64,000 nucleotides of DNA. Origin: Heteronotia binoei (lineage: Eukaryota). The translations under genes were made by a program, and so were the position numbers. The stretch is taken from the NCBI RefSeq assembly GCF_032191835.1, contig NC_083236.1, positions 26,288,001-26,352,000 on the forward strand. The letters run 5' to 3'. Below the pieces are notes generated by a model that was given only the letters and a program-made list of their open reading frames with translations, did no database searches and was not told the DNA's origin. This document shows positions 1 through 13,030 of the stretch, piece by piece (position 1 is the first letter of the stretch; each line of letters begins with the position of its first letter).

Positions 1-214
1 ACTGGGCTAGCCTGGGTCATCTAGGACAGGGAGGTTAAATGACCAGAACAGAAACTGAACCCTGACAAGTCAGTCTTGAAGGACATTACGCTTCCCACTT
101 TTGATAAGGTTCAACTGACCCTTGCTGACACAGCAAAGCACTTAAGAGGCTATAATGAACCCAGCATCACTGTTGGAGAAGTTAATACAACTGCAAAAAC
201 AATTTCTTCCAACT

Positions 215-1260
215 TTATTTAGCACAGGGCCCCCTACCTTGTCTCGGATAATCTGGCCACATGAATCCATGCCACAGTAACACTGAGACTAGAGTCTGAC
301 TACTGTAATGCAGTCTATGTGAATCTGCCCATGAAGTGAATTTGGAGACTTTGGTGGGTACAGAGTACTACAGCTCAGTTATTATGAGGAGCTAGTGGGT
401 GCATGCATATTAACCTACTTTGCAGTTACTCCATGGGTAGTGTTCCCTCTAAGCTGAGTTAGTGTGAGCTAGCTCACAGTTTTTTAGCCTCTGGCTGAAA
501 CATTTTTGTCTTAGCTCAGGAAAAATGTCCTTAGAGCAAACTATTTTATGCAGTAGCTCACAACTTTAATACCAGTAGCTCACAAAGCAGAGTTTTTGTT
601 CACAAGACTCCACAGCTTAGAGGGAGTATTGTCCATAGGCTACCTATCAGTTACCAAGTTCAATTCAAGATACTGGCTATTACAAACAACACCCTCTATG
701 ATCCTGGACCTTCAGGAACACCTCTTCTATGCTTCATCACAAATGCTGTGCTCATCTACATGGCCACCCTGCAAATAGGCAAGGCAATCAGCTGCCCATA
801 CATGTATATTCTCTACTGTGGCCCTCACCTTGCGGAAGGCCTGCCTGAGGAGGCCAGGAAAGCTCCCACACTTGTATCATTCCACAAACTATGTTGAACA
901 GAATTTTCAGGAGGGCATTTTTTGGAAAGGTAATAAAGCTATATTATAAAAGAATGGGTCAGGAAGGTGTTTAATAAAGGGAACAGGACTGTGGACTATC
1001 CAATTGTGTTTAGCATGTATTATCTGTTTGCTATACATATTTTCTTACTCACTGCTTTGTTTTCTACTTATGCAATAGCATTTTTAATTGCTTAACATAC
1101 CACGTCTAATATTTATGCTTGTTTCAGATTTCTGTAATCCTAGTCCTATTACATTGCTTATTAGATGTCTCATTCTACTCACTGCATTGACTTACACTGT
1201 GTAATCTGTCTGGAATCTCGGTAAAAAAGACAGACTATAAGTAACAAATAGATAACATAA
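215..1260 (+). mobile_element. Degraded L2 LINE 3' part, interrupted by a hAT MITE
   Basis: Remnants of ORF2 C-terminal motifs (RLDYCNA.Y, HWLP, QFK) on both sides of 438-631; AT-rich tail near 1200-1260. Confidence 0.6.
438..631. mobile_element. Non-autonomous hAT element (family A)
   Basis: TIRs tagtgttccctctaagctg / cagcttagagggagtattg; 8-bp TSD tccatggg / tccatagg. Near-identical copy at 37637-37833. Confidence 0.85.
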
Positions 1261-2489
1261 ATATATAGCGCATCTGTCCTGCTTACGGGGAACTACAATA
1301 GTCTATTTTAACACTTTCATGTATATGGCTGTCTCCTGGATTTCTTTCTCCATCTTAAGATCATCTTAGAACTTTGACTAAGAGGCAAAAATATGCCTGC
1401 AGATGCAGTACTAAATAACTTTCCTGGCCAGATTCAATATGTATATTAAAGTGTCCCACGACTCCTTTTTAACGTTACATGTATTTATATGAAAGCCAAA
1501 CAGACAAGGATTGTCATTTGTTGCACAGCCTCCTATATACTTCCAACAAAGCACTCTATGTGAAATTTACTGAACGTATTAAACATTTGTAAGAAAAACC
1601 ATGTTTAATTCTGTTTTTCACTAGTCATAAGAATTCCATGGTAACAGCTCTCTTAGTCTATTGTAAAGATCTGAATGCCTAGGGGGGAAAACGGGGGGAA
1701 ATGTCCCAAGGCCTTGTTTTTTCTGAAAATTTTGGGGAGTACTGAAAAAACCTCACCTCCTATAGAATATTTTCTCATTTAGAATGAGAGATATGCTTTG
1801 AAGACAAGACAGTTCTTAAATCGATGAATTTCTGCACCTAGAAGTATACCTAATCTTCATGAGGGGAGTATGCAGGGCTTCATTGCCTTCTATTGTCCTT
1901 TAAACCTGACCTTTCTCTTGTGGTTAGACCTTTCGATCTCTCCTTCAAACCACTGTTATAACCACAGATTGGGTAACAAGTAGCTTACTGCTTTATCTTG
2001 CTACAATGGAAAAAAAAGATCAGGAAGAGGCGGGGCAGAACCCTTAAAGAGGTGGGACAGAACCAAAGCCTAAAAGAAAAACTGTGAAAGTTTTATGGAG
2101 AACTGAGCTCTCTAACCAGTAGCCACAGAAGGAAGACAGCTTCTAATGGGAACTAAGTACATGTGTTAAGGTAGCAGAGGGTGTGTCAGCTTGTAATTTT
2201 CTCTCGGGAACTGAGTATATTTGCAGTTTTTCTTGTAGAAAACTAAGGCATTTATAATTTTTAAACCCCATCAATATGGCAAATATTGCAATTTTATGCT
2301 ACGTTATAAACGATACATTTCATGTCATTAAAGCAGTAAAATTTATTTTTCCTTTGATAGAACAGTAAGTATTGCATATATTTCACTCCCCCTCACCAAT
2401 CTCCAGTTTTTCCTGGCAAAAAATGGGGGGAACACACATCCCCCCCAAGACTCCAAATTTTCTGGAAATTTTAGATCTCTAGTCTCATG

Positions 2490-2585
2490 CAGCAAAATAC
2501 AAGTGAAGTCCAGTGGTATCTTAAACACCTACAAAGCTGAATCCAACTTAAACTTTCGTAAGTCAGTTCTTGCCTCCTCAGATGC
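2490..2585 (-). mobile_element. Penelope-like terminal repeat relic (single arm)
   Basis: Similar to the agtccagtggtaccttaaagactaac...agctttcg...cttcttcagatac family; minus strand reads CTGAGGA...GAAA. Confidence 0.5.
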
Positions 2586-3832
2586 ACATACCATGGAAGA
2601 GCTTTCTGCAGGTTTTTATCACCAAAATAACAAAAGGGGAGAAAAGAGGAGTCACAGCAGCTGCTTTGGTTTTTTTAGTCTCAAATACATCAACAATATC
2701 TACTGGTCAGGAGGAAGACTTTCCCTCTCAAGTCTTGCCATCCCACACCTAAATCACCTTTCTTCACAGCAGCGTTTCTATAGATATTCTACACAAAGAA
2801 GAATCCAGGCATACCATACCAGGCATACCAATACTGCTGTAAACGGAGTATTACAGCAGCAAGATTAGCTTGGAAATATAGCAACTGTTGCTACATCAAG
2901 ACAGACCAGCTGGAAAATTAAATATACTTTTCTCTTGCACCACATCCACTGAAGCTGCACCACAACAGCAGAAAAGAAATACAGGTTTCTACAAACCATT
3001 ATGCTAACATCTGAGGTGCTGCACAGTTCATTCTTCCACAAAACTGAGCTAGATGAGGGTCAATAAATTGAAGCTTGATCCAGACAAGACAGAAGAATCA
3101 TTGCTAGGTGGCCTAAAAAGGCAGGGTTGTTCTCCCTTCTAGATAAGGATGTCTGCAGATTGGGGGCCCGTTACATCTGTTTTATATCTTGGGTCTGCCA
3201 GCTTAGATCGGTGTGCCAGCTATTGCCTCTTAGTAAGGAAGATGGCATGGCCAGTCTTCTCTTATGACTTGCAGATTAATTACTGCAATGTGCCCTACAT
3301 GGGCTGCTCCTAGAGACTGGAAGCTCCAGTTAGTTTAGAGTAAGGCAAAGTGGGATTAATAACTGGGATGTGCCAGGATAAGGATTTTTCCCCCACCAAT
3401 ACTTAAAATATACATGCTGGATACTCAATTTGAGGGCTGGTGCACTAGCCCCAGCAGGCCTTGTCCCCCCCCTCCTTTTCCCCATGCTTTCCCAAGTATA
3501 GAAACAGTGGGGGGAGGGGCTATTTCTCCACTTGAAAAGGTGAAGGGGGTAACAAGAGCTCTTGGGAGTTGCTAAACTGTAACCCCATTCTGGATCAGGG
3601 CCCCGAGACAATTTTTAAAAGGCTATAAATGCTTGAAAATGGAATTGGCAGCCACAGGACAGATCCATGCCCATCATCACTTGTAGTTTGGCCCTCAGTT
3701 GCAGCATCCCAGATGGCACATGTATTCTTCCTACTATATACCTGGTTCTACAATATGTATTTTATTATTGTTATTTTTGAATTGTGGATGACTTCCCCCC
3801 ACACAGGAGAAATAAAGGGCAAAAAGACTCAC

Positions 3833-3883
3833 CTTAAAATCTGTATTATTGATGTATTCAAATACTAAAGCTGGAGTCTTTGA
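3833..3883 (-). CDS. CSNK2A2: CK2 alpha' coding exon 4 (51 nt); gene continues beyond the left edge
   Basis: SKTPALVFEYINNTDFK (hinge region). ttacag| acceptor, AAG|gtgag donor. The next exon was not found in 1-3832. Confidence 0.96.
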
Positions 3884-4424
3884 CTGTAAGGTAAGAAAAA
3901 AGTTATGGCTTAGCCACATCCTTCTATAAACTTCCCAGTTATTCTAGGTTTCCACTGGATATAGCTCACAACATTAATTAGGAAGTGCTAGTAGAACTTC
4001 ACTTTCTCCACTTAACTACAAGGAGATAAAACACTCCAATTTATTTGGCCATTATCCGACTCTAATCTACTCACTGGTAGATTAAAAAAAATGTAAAACA
4101 GCAAACTTTATATTAAGAAATCAAACCCAACCTGAAATGCTACATCTACAACATTCAGCTGAATAGTAAATGCTGAATAGTAAATGTTGATCCCATAACC
4201 CACTTATGAACTTAAGCCAAAAAACCCCAAATATCCCTAACACATATTTATTTAAATATTTTTAATGCCATCTTTTCATCCACTTTAGGAGGTTCCTCTA
4301 GGTAGAGGACAATTTAAAAAAACAAGCTTTTCAGTACAAAGTATAAAAACCAATTAAAAACAATAATGAAACACACACAGTTATCACACACACATACAGA
4401 AAGGAGGGTCATATAAGCACATAC

Positions 4425-4526
4425 CACTGGATCCTTGACTGTGTCAACCAGTTTGATGATGTTGGTGCCACCTCGCAAGTTCTCCAAAATCTTAACTTCT
4501 CGTTTTATTTTCTTTTTCTTCACTGG
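4425..4526 (-). CDS. CSNK2A2: CK2 alpha' coding exon 3 (102 nt)
   Basis: [34 protein letters not shown] (CK2 basic cluster). tttaag| acceptor, GTG|gtatg donor. Confidence 0.97.
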
Positions 4527-5833
4527 CTTAAATACACAAGAGTGATTAGAAGTGAGATTTCTTTCAGTGTTAGTTTGCACTCAGCAATTTAATCTGGATG
4601 GATGCAAGGCTGGCAACCTGATGTGCACACAGGTCATTGGCAAGGATGCCACTCCCGGACTGGGAAAGAGACAAATAGAACAGTCATCCATTAGCAACTT
4701 CGCAGCAACACAGTCTATTCTCCCATTTTCTCTAGCAACAACTTGGAAAACAACAGATCTTCTACTGGGGGGAAATATGACTACCCTATTAATGAACTCT
4801 GTGAGTAACTATACCAACATTTTCTGGAAAGTATTTCTATAACATTCACAGACACCTGCTATCTGTAAGAGTCCATCCATCATCCACTGGGGAAGGATCA
4901 TCAGCCAGGGCACTCAACAGGGAGCTGCGTGGATTATACATCAACAAAAGCCCTACACTGTCTCTGATCCCCACCACAAGGTACAATCAAGACTGGCAGC
5001 TGTTTGCACAGAGAACCTGTGCCAAGAAGAGACAAATGTAATCACAGCAACTTCCCCACCATCGCCCAGGTTAAGGGCTGAAGGAGGACTACATATTTGG
5101 CTGGAACTATCTGAGACAGCATACCACTGGTTTCAGTTATGCAAGCCAAATCAGTATCTTCCTCTTCCACCATGACTAAACATATGGTAAGTTTTATAAT
5201 CCTTTGCATTCCACTTCATTTAAACAGAATTCAGTGTGGGAGAAGGGAGAAGAACCTCTTCTTTCACAAAACTTGAGGCTAGAAAAGAGATTGGACATAT
5301 GGAAAGCACTCCCAAAGCCAGCACCCCTCCCATGATCAAACCTCCTGAACCCATTCACCACTTCAATCCCATTAAGCCTTATCTGAAAGACTAACCCAAA
5401 GGGTAGCTTGGGAACAGAAGATAACACCCATCTCAGCATCCCCAGCTTTCCCTCCCACATCACCTCTCTCAATCCCTTATATAGAAGCTGCTGAATAACC
5501 TTGGGCCAGTCACACACTCTCAGCTTTATCTCAGAGGATCATTGTGAGGCTTAAAGGAGAAGAGGAAAACAATATAAGCCACTTTGGTCCCCTTTTGGGG
5601 AGAAAAAAACAGGGTAAAAGTAGAATAGGCCAGAACAATTGGGAAAGACCAGACTTCTGCCTTAAGGAGGGTTTATGCCTGAGAGTACCATGGTGGCAGC
5701 ACAGTAAAGAGAAGAAAAGCATAGAGACAGACAAGGAGCTAACTCAATCCTGGGTCAGCAAATGAATGACACCCCAGTCAGGGATCAGTTCTTAATTAAT
5801 ATTCACTGTGGCAATTAGCTTGTCTTACCAAAG

Positions 5834-6150
5834 CAGAGATGGCTAAGCTGTGTCTCAGGAACCTCATGTGGCTCTTTCACACATATTGTGTGGCTCTTGA
5901 AGCCTCCACTGCCCCGTTGGCCAGCTTGGAGAAGGCATTTGTCTCTTTAAATCACTTCTCCAAGCCAAGCCAACGGCTTGGAGTGCATTTAAAGTTAAAG
6001 TTGCTTTCTTTCTACCTCCATCTCCCTCCCCCATCTATTTTCCTTCCTTCCTTCCAGCTCTCAAGCATCTGATGTTCATGTATTGCAGCTCTCAAGCATC
6101 TGATATTCATGTCTTGTGGTTCTTACATTAAGCAAGTTTGGCCACCCCTG
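5834..6150. mobile_element. Non-autonomous hAT element with an internal 31-bp duplication
   Basis: Ends cagagatggctaagct / caagtttggccacccctg; 8-bp TSD taccaaag / tgccaaag. Confidence 0.75.
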
Positions 6151-6477
6151 TGCCAAAGGCTGTCCAATGTAGAGCAGGGTTGCTCAATGTGGGAGAAAGG
6201 GGATAGCTGGCACCAGTCACCCTCTGCCGTGTACAGAAGGAATGAACAGGTAACAGACAACTGTTTTTAATGGCTGCTGTTATGCTGTGGCTATGTGGAT
6301 AGGAAGTGCTCTCTGGAGTAGGAGGAATGGGTTATCTTCTTTTTGGCAGCTGACAACACTGTTGCTGGGCCAGACTCTGCCTCGTGATCACTCTCTTGCT
6401 ATGATGGGATTCTGACCACTGACTTCTCAAGAACGGCAGCTGTGTTAATCTTTTCTACTGCTACAGACGAAGAAACC

Positions 6478-6553
6478 AGCAACATCTTAAAGTCTAACAA
6501 AATTTGTGGTAGGGTGTGAGCATTTGTGAGTTACAGCTCACTTCTTCAGATAT
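6478..6553 (-). mobile_element. Penelope-like terminal repeat relic (single arm)
   Basis: catcttaaagtctaacaaaatttgtggtagggtgtgagc...cacttcttcagata; homologous to 38541-38635. Confidence 0.65.
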
Positions 6554-6832
6554 GTTTCCCATGTCAGTACTTTCCCCTACTGAGCTACTAGGTGGATCCC
6601 AGTTCTGACCCCTTTGTTGTTCCCTCACCTGAACCTGGAAAGAACGGATGACTTGGGGGAGGGAGGGGCTGCTATTACTGTGAGCCCTGGTATGTAGTCT
6701 CCAGTGTGGATCCTCTGCTTAATGAACTCCAGAGTAAAAATAAATTAATACAACAAGCTGCCACATAAACAGCAGCATTCCTGAATGAGGCAACATTGTC
6801 ATCTTGGGCTATCAACTGATTTTACCAAGCAG

Positions 6833-6985
6833 CAGGACCGGATCTACATGTTTTTTGAGGAGGGGCAAAATTAAAAAATGATTTCCCCTTACGGGCCCAT
6901 AGATAGAATGGACTCCATACCCAATTTGGTGCCTTCCCTCCTCTGGTGGCGCCTGGGGCAAGCACCCCCCTCAAATCCAGCCCTG
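6833..6985. mobile_element. Non-autonomous hAT-like element (family B)
   Basis: TIRs caggaccggatcta / aaatccagccctg; flanking direct repeat caagcag. Reverse-oriented relative at 48197-48385. Confidence 0.75.
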
Positions 6986-7739
6986 CAAGCAGTCAGTTGA
7001 CTTATACAAGCCAGCCTATTAAAAATCTGTATGATTTATCACCAGATCGCCCCTCAAAATGTTTAAAAACAGTTCTGTTAGCATGACTACAATAAAAGTT
7101 TAAAATATATCTTAAATGCCTACCCCTTTAACACTGATGATACTACCAAACAAATCCAAGAACGGGTGTGCTCATTATTCCAGGTTATTAGCACTTTTTT
7201 TGGCACAATATGTATGGTACCCTGATTTCTGCTTGTCAATGAACTCTGATATCTAAGCAAAGAGACACACACAGGCTGCTTTCTATAAGTAAGTGTGTGT
7301 CTACGAGACAGACACGTTAGCTGACATTTAGCAATGCATTCTAGCTCATAAACACTGACAGTTCTTTTGGTGCTCTCTGTCTCCGGAATGTGGAAACACA
7401 GTCAAGCCACTGACATACCTTTTCCCTACAAGCCTTCTCCTGCTGACCAAAAGCCAGCTCAGCTCTCTGGTATTCCAGTGAAACAGGCTTGTGGTCTGTG
7501 ACACTGAAGCAAAATTACTTCTTTGCCACTGCAGCATCTGCTTTTCCAGGTGGTGAAATATCCCCATCACATGAACCCTTAGGGCTAAGGATGAACCTGG
7601 GACAGCCTTCTGTGACTTTAGGGACAAAACTGTTCACATATTCCCTGCCCTGGATTTCAGGCTGAATGCAATGTAAATACTGTTTCTTGTTGAAATGAGG
7701 TAGACAGGGCTAAAAGAAGGCTTGATACTGAAAAGGAGG

Positions 7740-7930
7740 GGCTAGTTGGATAATCCCACGCTTGAAGAAGTCAGTCATGAGACCACTCCTAAAGAAACCC
7801 TCCAGGCTGCTGTCTGATAATCTCCAACTACAATCCAGACATTCCTGGATTATGCTGATTGCAACATGGTTTGGGGACAGAAACGGCTTTGTTTTCCCTG
7901 CTAGAGAAGATGAGAGGGAAGGTGAAACCC
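7740..7930 (+). mobile_element. L2 LINE reverse-transcriptase fragment
   Basis: Translates to KKSVMRPLLKKPS and GLGTETAL, typical L2/CR1-group RT N-terminal motifs. Confidence 0.6.
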
Positions 7931-8046
7931 TTTTATTTGGACATCTGGGCACTTGCCAAATTAAAGCTGAACAGGTTGTTCTACTTTTTTTAAACAGCAC
8001 ATTAGTTTCAGGTGGGCAGACATGTTGGTCTGTGGTAAAAGAGCTA

Positions 8047-8199
8047 GATTCAAGTCCAGTTGCACTTAGAGGCCAACGAGATTTCCAGGTTTTAAGATTC
8101 AGAGAGTCAAGGCTCCTGATGAAAGAAGCTTTGACTCTCAAAAGCTTACTTATACCACAGAAATCTTGCTGCTCTCTGAGGCGCTACTGGTCTCCAATC
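8047..8199. mobile_element. Palindromic Penelope-like terminal repeat (two inverted arms)
   Basis: Arm 8047-8110 is the imperfect reverse complement of 8131-8199; relic CTGATGA core on the plus strand. Confidence 0.65.
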
Positions 8200-8503
8200 G
8201 AGCTCTACTTTATAAGATAGCATCTATCTTGTAAATTACCCAAGGTTCTGTTTCCCCCTCATACGTGATGCTAGTTGCTGGGGGATATACAGATTTATAG
8301 CTGGGTGCCACCCAACCCTCTTCTTTACATTCAAATCAGGTGAGACTGCAGACAGTCTCAACAGGTATCAACCTATCACATTTTTATCCACCTTTCCACC
8401 AAGGAACTTGAGGCAGCAAAATTATCCTCTGATTTTGTTTATATTATTTAAAGTCCACCTTTCTCACCAAGATTCAAAGCACACATACATGCAGTAGTGT
8501 AGT

Positions 8504-8706
8504 CCATCCACCCTGACCTGGATAGGCCAGGCCCCATCTCATCAGACCGTGGAAGGGTCAGCCCTTATTAGTATCTGGATGGGAGATGGCCAAGGAATAC
8601 CAGGGTCACTAGACAGAGGGAGGCAATGGCAAACCACCTCTGAGTGTCTCTTGTCTTGAAAAGCTAATAGGGTTGTCACAGGTCAACTGTGACTTGACAA
8701 AACCAA
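8504..8706 (+). mobile_element. 5S rRNA-headed SINE with Sauria/BovB-like tail
   Basis: 5' part aligns by eye to 5S rRNA (ggatgggaga...ggaatacc); 3' part is ggcaatggcaaaccacctctg...gtgacttgac. Confidence 0.75.
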
Positions 8707-9299
8707 ACCTCCCTCTCCAATCTTCCAATCCCATCTCATCTTACTTTTCAGTTTATTGCCCCCTCCTCCAGTATTGATACTAACCGAGGCTGAGAATTCT
8801 CAGCAAAGTTGGAAAGTAAGATCTGTGCTGTTCAAACTTTAAACAAATATGCCTTTACTCTAATCGTATGCATGTCTCAATGAATATTATTATTTCCTTG
8901 TTTATTTTCACTGTTAGGCAATAATCAAACTGAGCAGGATGGGTTTATTGGATTTGGGAAGAAACAAAGTATTGACAGGAACTTTTTTTTTAGCCCATCC
9001 TTGATTTTATACTAAATTTAGATATTTATAGTTTTAAATGGCATCTTCTTTTATAATATAATTGTATTGCCTCCTACCTCCTATTATCTGGATTCTTATC
9101 AACAAATGCCTAATAAAGGTTTTAGTATCCGTTAAAAAAAAAGACAACTACCAAACAGTCTATTATCCCTTACCACAGAATTTTCCTGAACCATTCTGTC
9201 TTAATAATAGTCCTATCAACATTCTAAAAATGCACTCCCGAACAATGATATTTTACATAGTTTGTGGAATGATACAAGTGTGAAAGCTTTCCTGACCTC

Positions 9300-9530
9300 A
9301 GGCAGGTCATTTTGCAAACTGAAGGCCACAACAGAGAATGTGCATGTGTAGGCAGCTGTTCATCTTGCCCATTTGCAGAGTTGCACCTGCAGGAAGCTCT
9401 GCCCAGATGAGCGAAGCTGTCATGGCGGAACACAAAGGGAGAGGTGTTCCTGCAGATATAAGGGACAATGGCCATGAAGGGCTTTGTATGCAATAACCAG
9501 TACCTTGAACCAAACTCAGAAACCGATGAG
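9300..9530 (-). mobile_element. L2 LINE fragment
   Basis: ccatgaagggctttgtatgcaataaccagtaccttgaac resembles the L2 segment at 45570-45620. Confidence 0.45.
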
Positions 9531-9634
9531 CACTAATGGGGTGAGAGCAATATAGGAGTAATATTTATGAACCATCTAGTTCCTGATAATAACCAAACTG
9601 TGGAATTATGTACCACTTTGAGTCTCTGAGTTAA

Positions 9635-9770
9635 CTTTATCCTCAGGTACATTAGACTGAGCATTACTAGCCCAAGGTCATCCAGCAAGCTCCATTGTTG
9701 AGTGGGGAATCCAGATCATGTTCTTCCCCAGTTCTACACTGACACTCTGATAACTATTCTACACTGACTC
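9635..9770 (-). mobile_element. MIR/Ther1-derived squamate SINE (Squam3-like) fragment
   Basis: gcccaaggtcatccagcaagctccat...gagtggggaat is the reverse complement of the family core seen at 31545 and 36121. Confidence 0.6.
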
Positions 9771-10324
9771 TTAATAACAAAATTTGCAGGGTCTAAAGCT
9801 GCAGCCAAATCCAGGTAAGACTGAAGGAGCACTGGTACCTATACAAGTCTACATGCCAGTTTCATTCCCTGTCAGCTTCTCTAAGATAGAAAGGATTGCA
9901 GTGGCCCATTCCACAGCTTTTCCAATAATACTTCTAGAAAGAGATTCTGGTATAAGTTCAAGCAGCACTCTCTTTCTGTCTTTCACACATTACAGAAGCT
10001 GGTTTTATTTACGAGCTGCTAACACTCAAGTTAGAAGGAAATGCAGAACAGAAGTAACAAGCCATGTCAGACATCGTCATTAATTACTCAAAAGGATTTG
10101 CACACTATCCTTCAACCATCAGGTTCTTGGGGTGGCATTAAACAGTCAAATTGGATCAATGGCGATTCTCCATAAAAGTCTGCTTCTCTTAACATCCATG
10201 GAAAGGATGGGAAAAGGTACATTTTAGGATAGTGCTACTAAATATGGTTATGGACAAGAGAGGCAAGCATGCCATTGACAATCTTAGCTTCCTTACAAAA
10301 GTACATATAACATGCATAAATCCA

Positions 10325-10477
10325 GATCTGAGTCCAGTAGCACCTTAGAGACCAACAACATTTGGGGGAGGCATATGAGCTTTCGAGAATCAAAGCTCTC
10401 TTCATGAGTACTGACTCTCGAAAGCTCATGACCCCCCAAATCTTGTGGGTCTCTTGAGGTGCTAATGGACTCAAATC
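10325..10477. mobile_element. Palindromic Penelope-like terminal repeat (two inverted arms)
   Basis: Arms of about 67 nt (10325-10391 and 10412-10477) are strongly complementary around a 20-nt loop. Confidence 0.75.
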
Positions 10478-10959
10478 TACTGCAGATGAACAAAGCTACT
10501 TACTGAAACTATATGCTTCACTCAAAATAGCCTTCACTTATTTATAACAAATTGCAGGCTGCCATCTAACTTTTCCAACTTTCAACTATCCCACACTTTT
10601 TCAATTTTACAGTACACACTGGGTTTATCCCACAAAGGGAGCTCCTAATTGAGTTAAACAATGAATTTATGATTACTTACTTATCTAATGGCGCATTCAT
10701 CACAACAGTTTTCACAAAAATTGCTTCCACCTATATGCACACTGCTAACGGAACTAGTGAGTAACTGCAGAAAGGTCCAAGTCTTTACCCACATGCTTTT
10801 TTCCTATGTAGGATAATTCAGTGTTGTGTATAAAGAATAATTCAAAAAGTATAGAAAGAAGGAACTGATCTGAGTATAAGTGCACAGAAAGATTTATGAT
10901 GATGAAGATCTTACCTTATTTACCACTGGCACAAAAAGCATTAACATGACCCAATGCAT

Positions 10960-12490
10960 CAGTAGTGGCACAACCAATTACCTCGTACTGGAACCTTGCC
11001 ATCCTGGCTATTAAAATCATGCTGGGAGAAACTGGAAACTCTCCTAGGGAGGGTTATTAATATGCCATTCTCTCAAGAGATATTTCCTTCACAGCTGAAA
11101 GAAGCTGTGATTAGACTTTTTGAGATGCTGCCTCTGAATAGCCAGCATGTGGGAAATCATCAAATTGTGGCCCATCTCCCCTTTGGGAACAAGGTGATGG
11201 CGCAGGTTATGGGAAAGCAACTGCTGATTCTTCGGGAGAAACATCTGATTCTGACTCATTTCAGTCTAGCTTCACACCTGGATTTGGGACTAGAACATCG
11301 CTATTGGTCTTGAATGATGATCTCCAGGAAAAGCCATCTATCGATGCTGATATTAAATTTATCAACACCATCTAGCATGGACAACCGTGATATTTTGCTG
11401 GATCACCTACAACCATTGCCTGATGTAAAAGGTAAAGTTGGTATTGTTCTTTTCTTATTGGAAGGAAAGTGTTTCTAAGAAGCAGCAGCACCAGCTAGTT
11501 GGAACCTATGGTGTAGAGACCCCCATGCACCTTAACCTTTATGTTAAGCCTTTGGCTGAGATCATCCAGAGTGGGTTGTCCAAAATACACAGAAGTTAGC
11601 CAGCTGTGACAGTCCTGGGCCAGTGCCTTCAGGACATGGTCAAGTAGGCGAGAGCAAACAAACTGAAATTCAATCCAGATAAAACTGATGTGATCCTGGC
11701 TGGGAAGGTAGTTTAGTCAGTACGAAATTAAGGGTCTACTAAAGAAAGTTTTAGTTAAGAATATGAGGGTGCCCCTGGACCCAGACCCATCAACGAACAA
11801 ATTGATGCTGTTGCTAAAACTGCCCTCTTTCAGTTACATGTCCCTCATAAACTACCTTCCCCCACATACACTCTCTGCAAACTGAGCCGTTCTTTTCCTC
11901 CATGCTATTGTTAACTTCCAGACTGGATTACTATGACAAGCTCTACACAGGGCTACCTTTGAAGACATGTTAGAAACTTGGACTGGCACAAAACGCAGAA
12001 GTGAAACTGCTGTCAACGGTGTGAAATAAAACTTTATCATTGGGTCAACTGCACTGGTTACATATATGTTTCCAGACTCAATTCAAATTACTGCTTATCA
12101 ACCTTTAAAGCCCTTCGCGGCCTAAAAATCTCATATTTATTGAAGCACATCTCCTAATGTACTTCCCCTGTACCAGCCATGTTCTTCAGACAACTCTGCT
12201 AGTACATCTAGCAACAGTCAGGTTGTAGAATTTTTCTGTGGTATTGGCCAGTGCTTTCAATGGCTTACAGAATAGGTGTGGAGAGTGTCTTCACTTACTA
12301 TATTCAGGGAGGTTTGTAAAATGGTGTCATTTCAGAGAATGTTTGTCAGAGGATAAACTGGCAGAGCTAACTGTGCTTTTATTTGGCTTATGAACTGCTA
12401 TATGTATTTATGCATTTCCAACTTGCTACTTTGCTAGCTACTTTGAGTCCGAGGAGATAATGCTGAATACAAATATCATAAAAATAAATT
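10960..12490 (+). mobile_element. Long degraded L2 LINE (RT region to 3' end)
   Basis: PSWLLKSC...QLKEAVIR, FQSSFTPGFG, NPDKT, SRLDY, HWL and QFK motifs occur in order with frameshifts; AT-rich tail. Confidence 0.7.
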
Positions 12491-12804
12491 ATATCTAATA
12501 GCAATGAGTGGTCCCACCACATGGATAAAAAAAATCCACACAAAGGGACTCCCCAAGGCTAGGACAAACACTTCTACAAACCAGAAGAATCTCCAAGTTT
12601 ACAGAAGCATCTTACATTTAAGGGGTGGGGGAGGATTAACTAGCAAAAAATAATTTAAAGGAGCCAATATCTTGCAAGACTATGTTAGGAGGTTGTGCCT
12701 GTCATTTGGGGTTTGCATAGAAACCCCAGAAAATTATGACCTACAAGCTAGTGTTCAGAGATCTTGGTGCTTTTAAACTATTTTGTGTACTACTGAATTT
12801 TAAT

Positions 12805-13030
12805 AGAGTGGCTGAAAGCAGGAGCTGGGTTAGGAGAGAGCGAGGGGAAATGCAGAGACTATGGTAGGTTGAGAGAAGAACTAGGAGGAGAAGGTAGCAA
12901 CAAATAAGAAGGTGGGGGCAGTAGGGCGGGGAAGAATGGGAGCCAGAGCAAATGAGGGAAAGCATAGGAAAGGGAGAGAAAAGTGGAGATAGAGAAGAAA
13001 AGGCAGCCTGCGGAGGGAGATGGGATTTCC
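12805..13030 (+). repeat. GA-rich low-complexity (polypurine) tract
   Basis: About 220 bp dominated by G and A on the plus strand. Confidence 0.6.

Noticed and set aside
2503-2868. 121-aa plus-strand ORF in CSNK2A2 intron 4
   Set aside because: It starts in a repeat relic, and has no homology or splice support.
1-3832. CSNK2A2 exon 5 ([20 protein letters not shown] expected)
   Set aside because: No matching sequence was seen; it probably lies left of the window.
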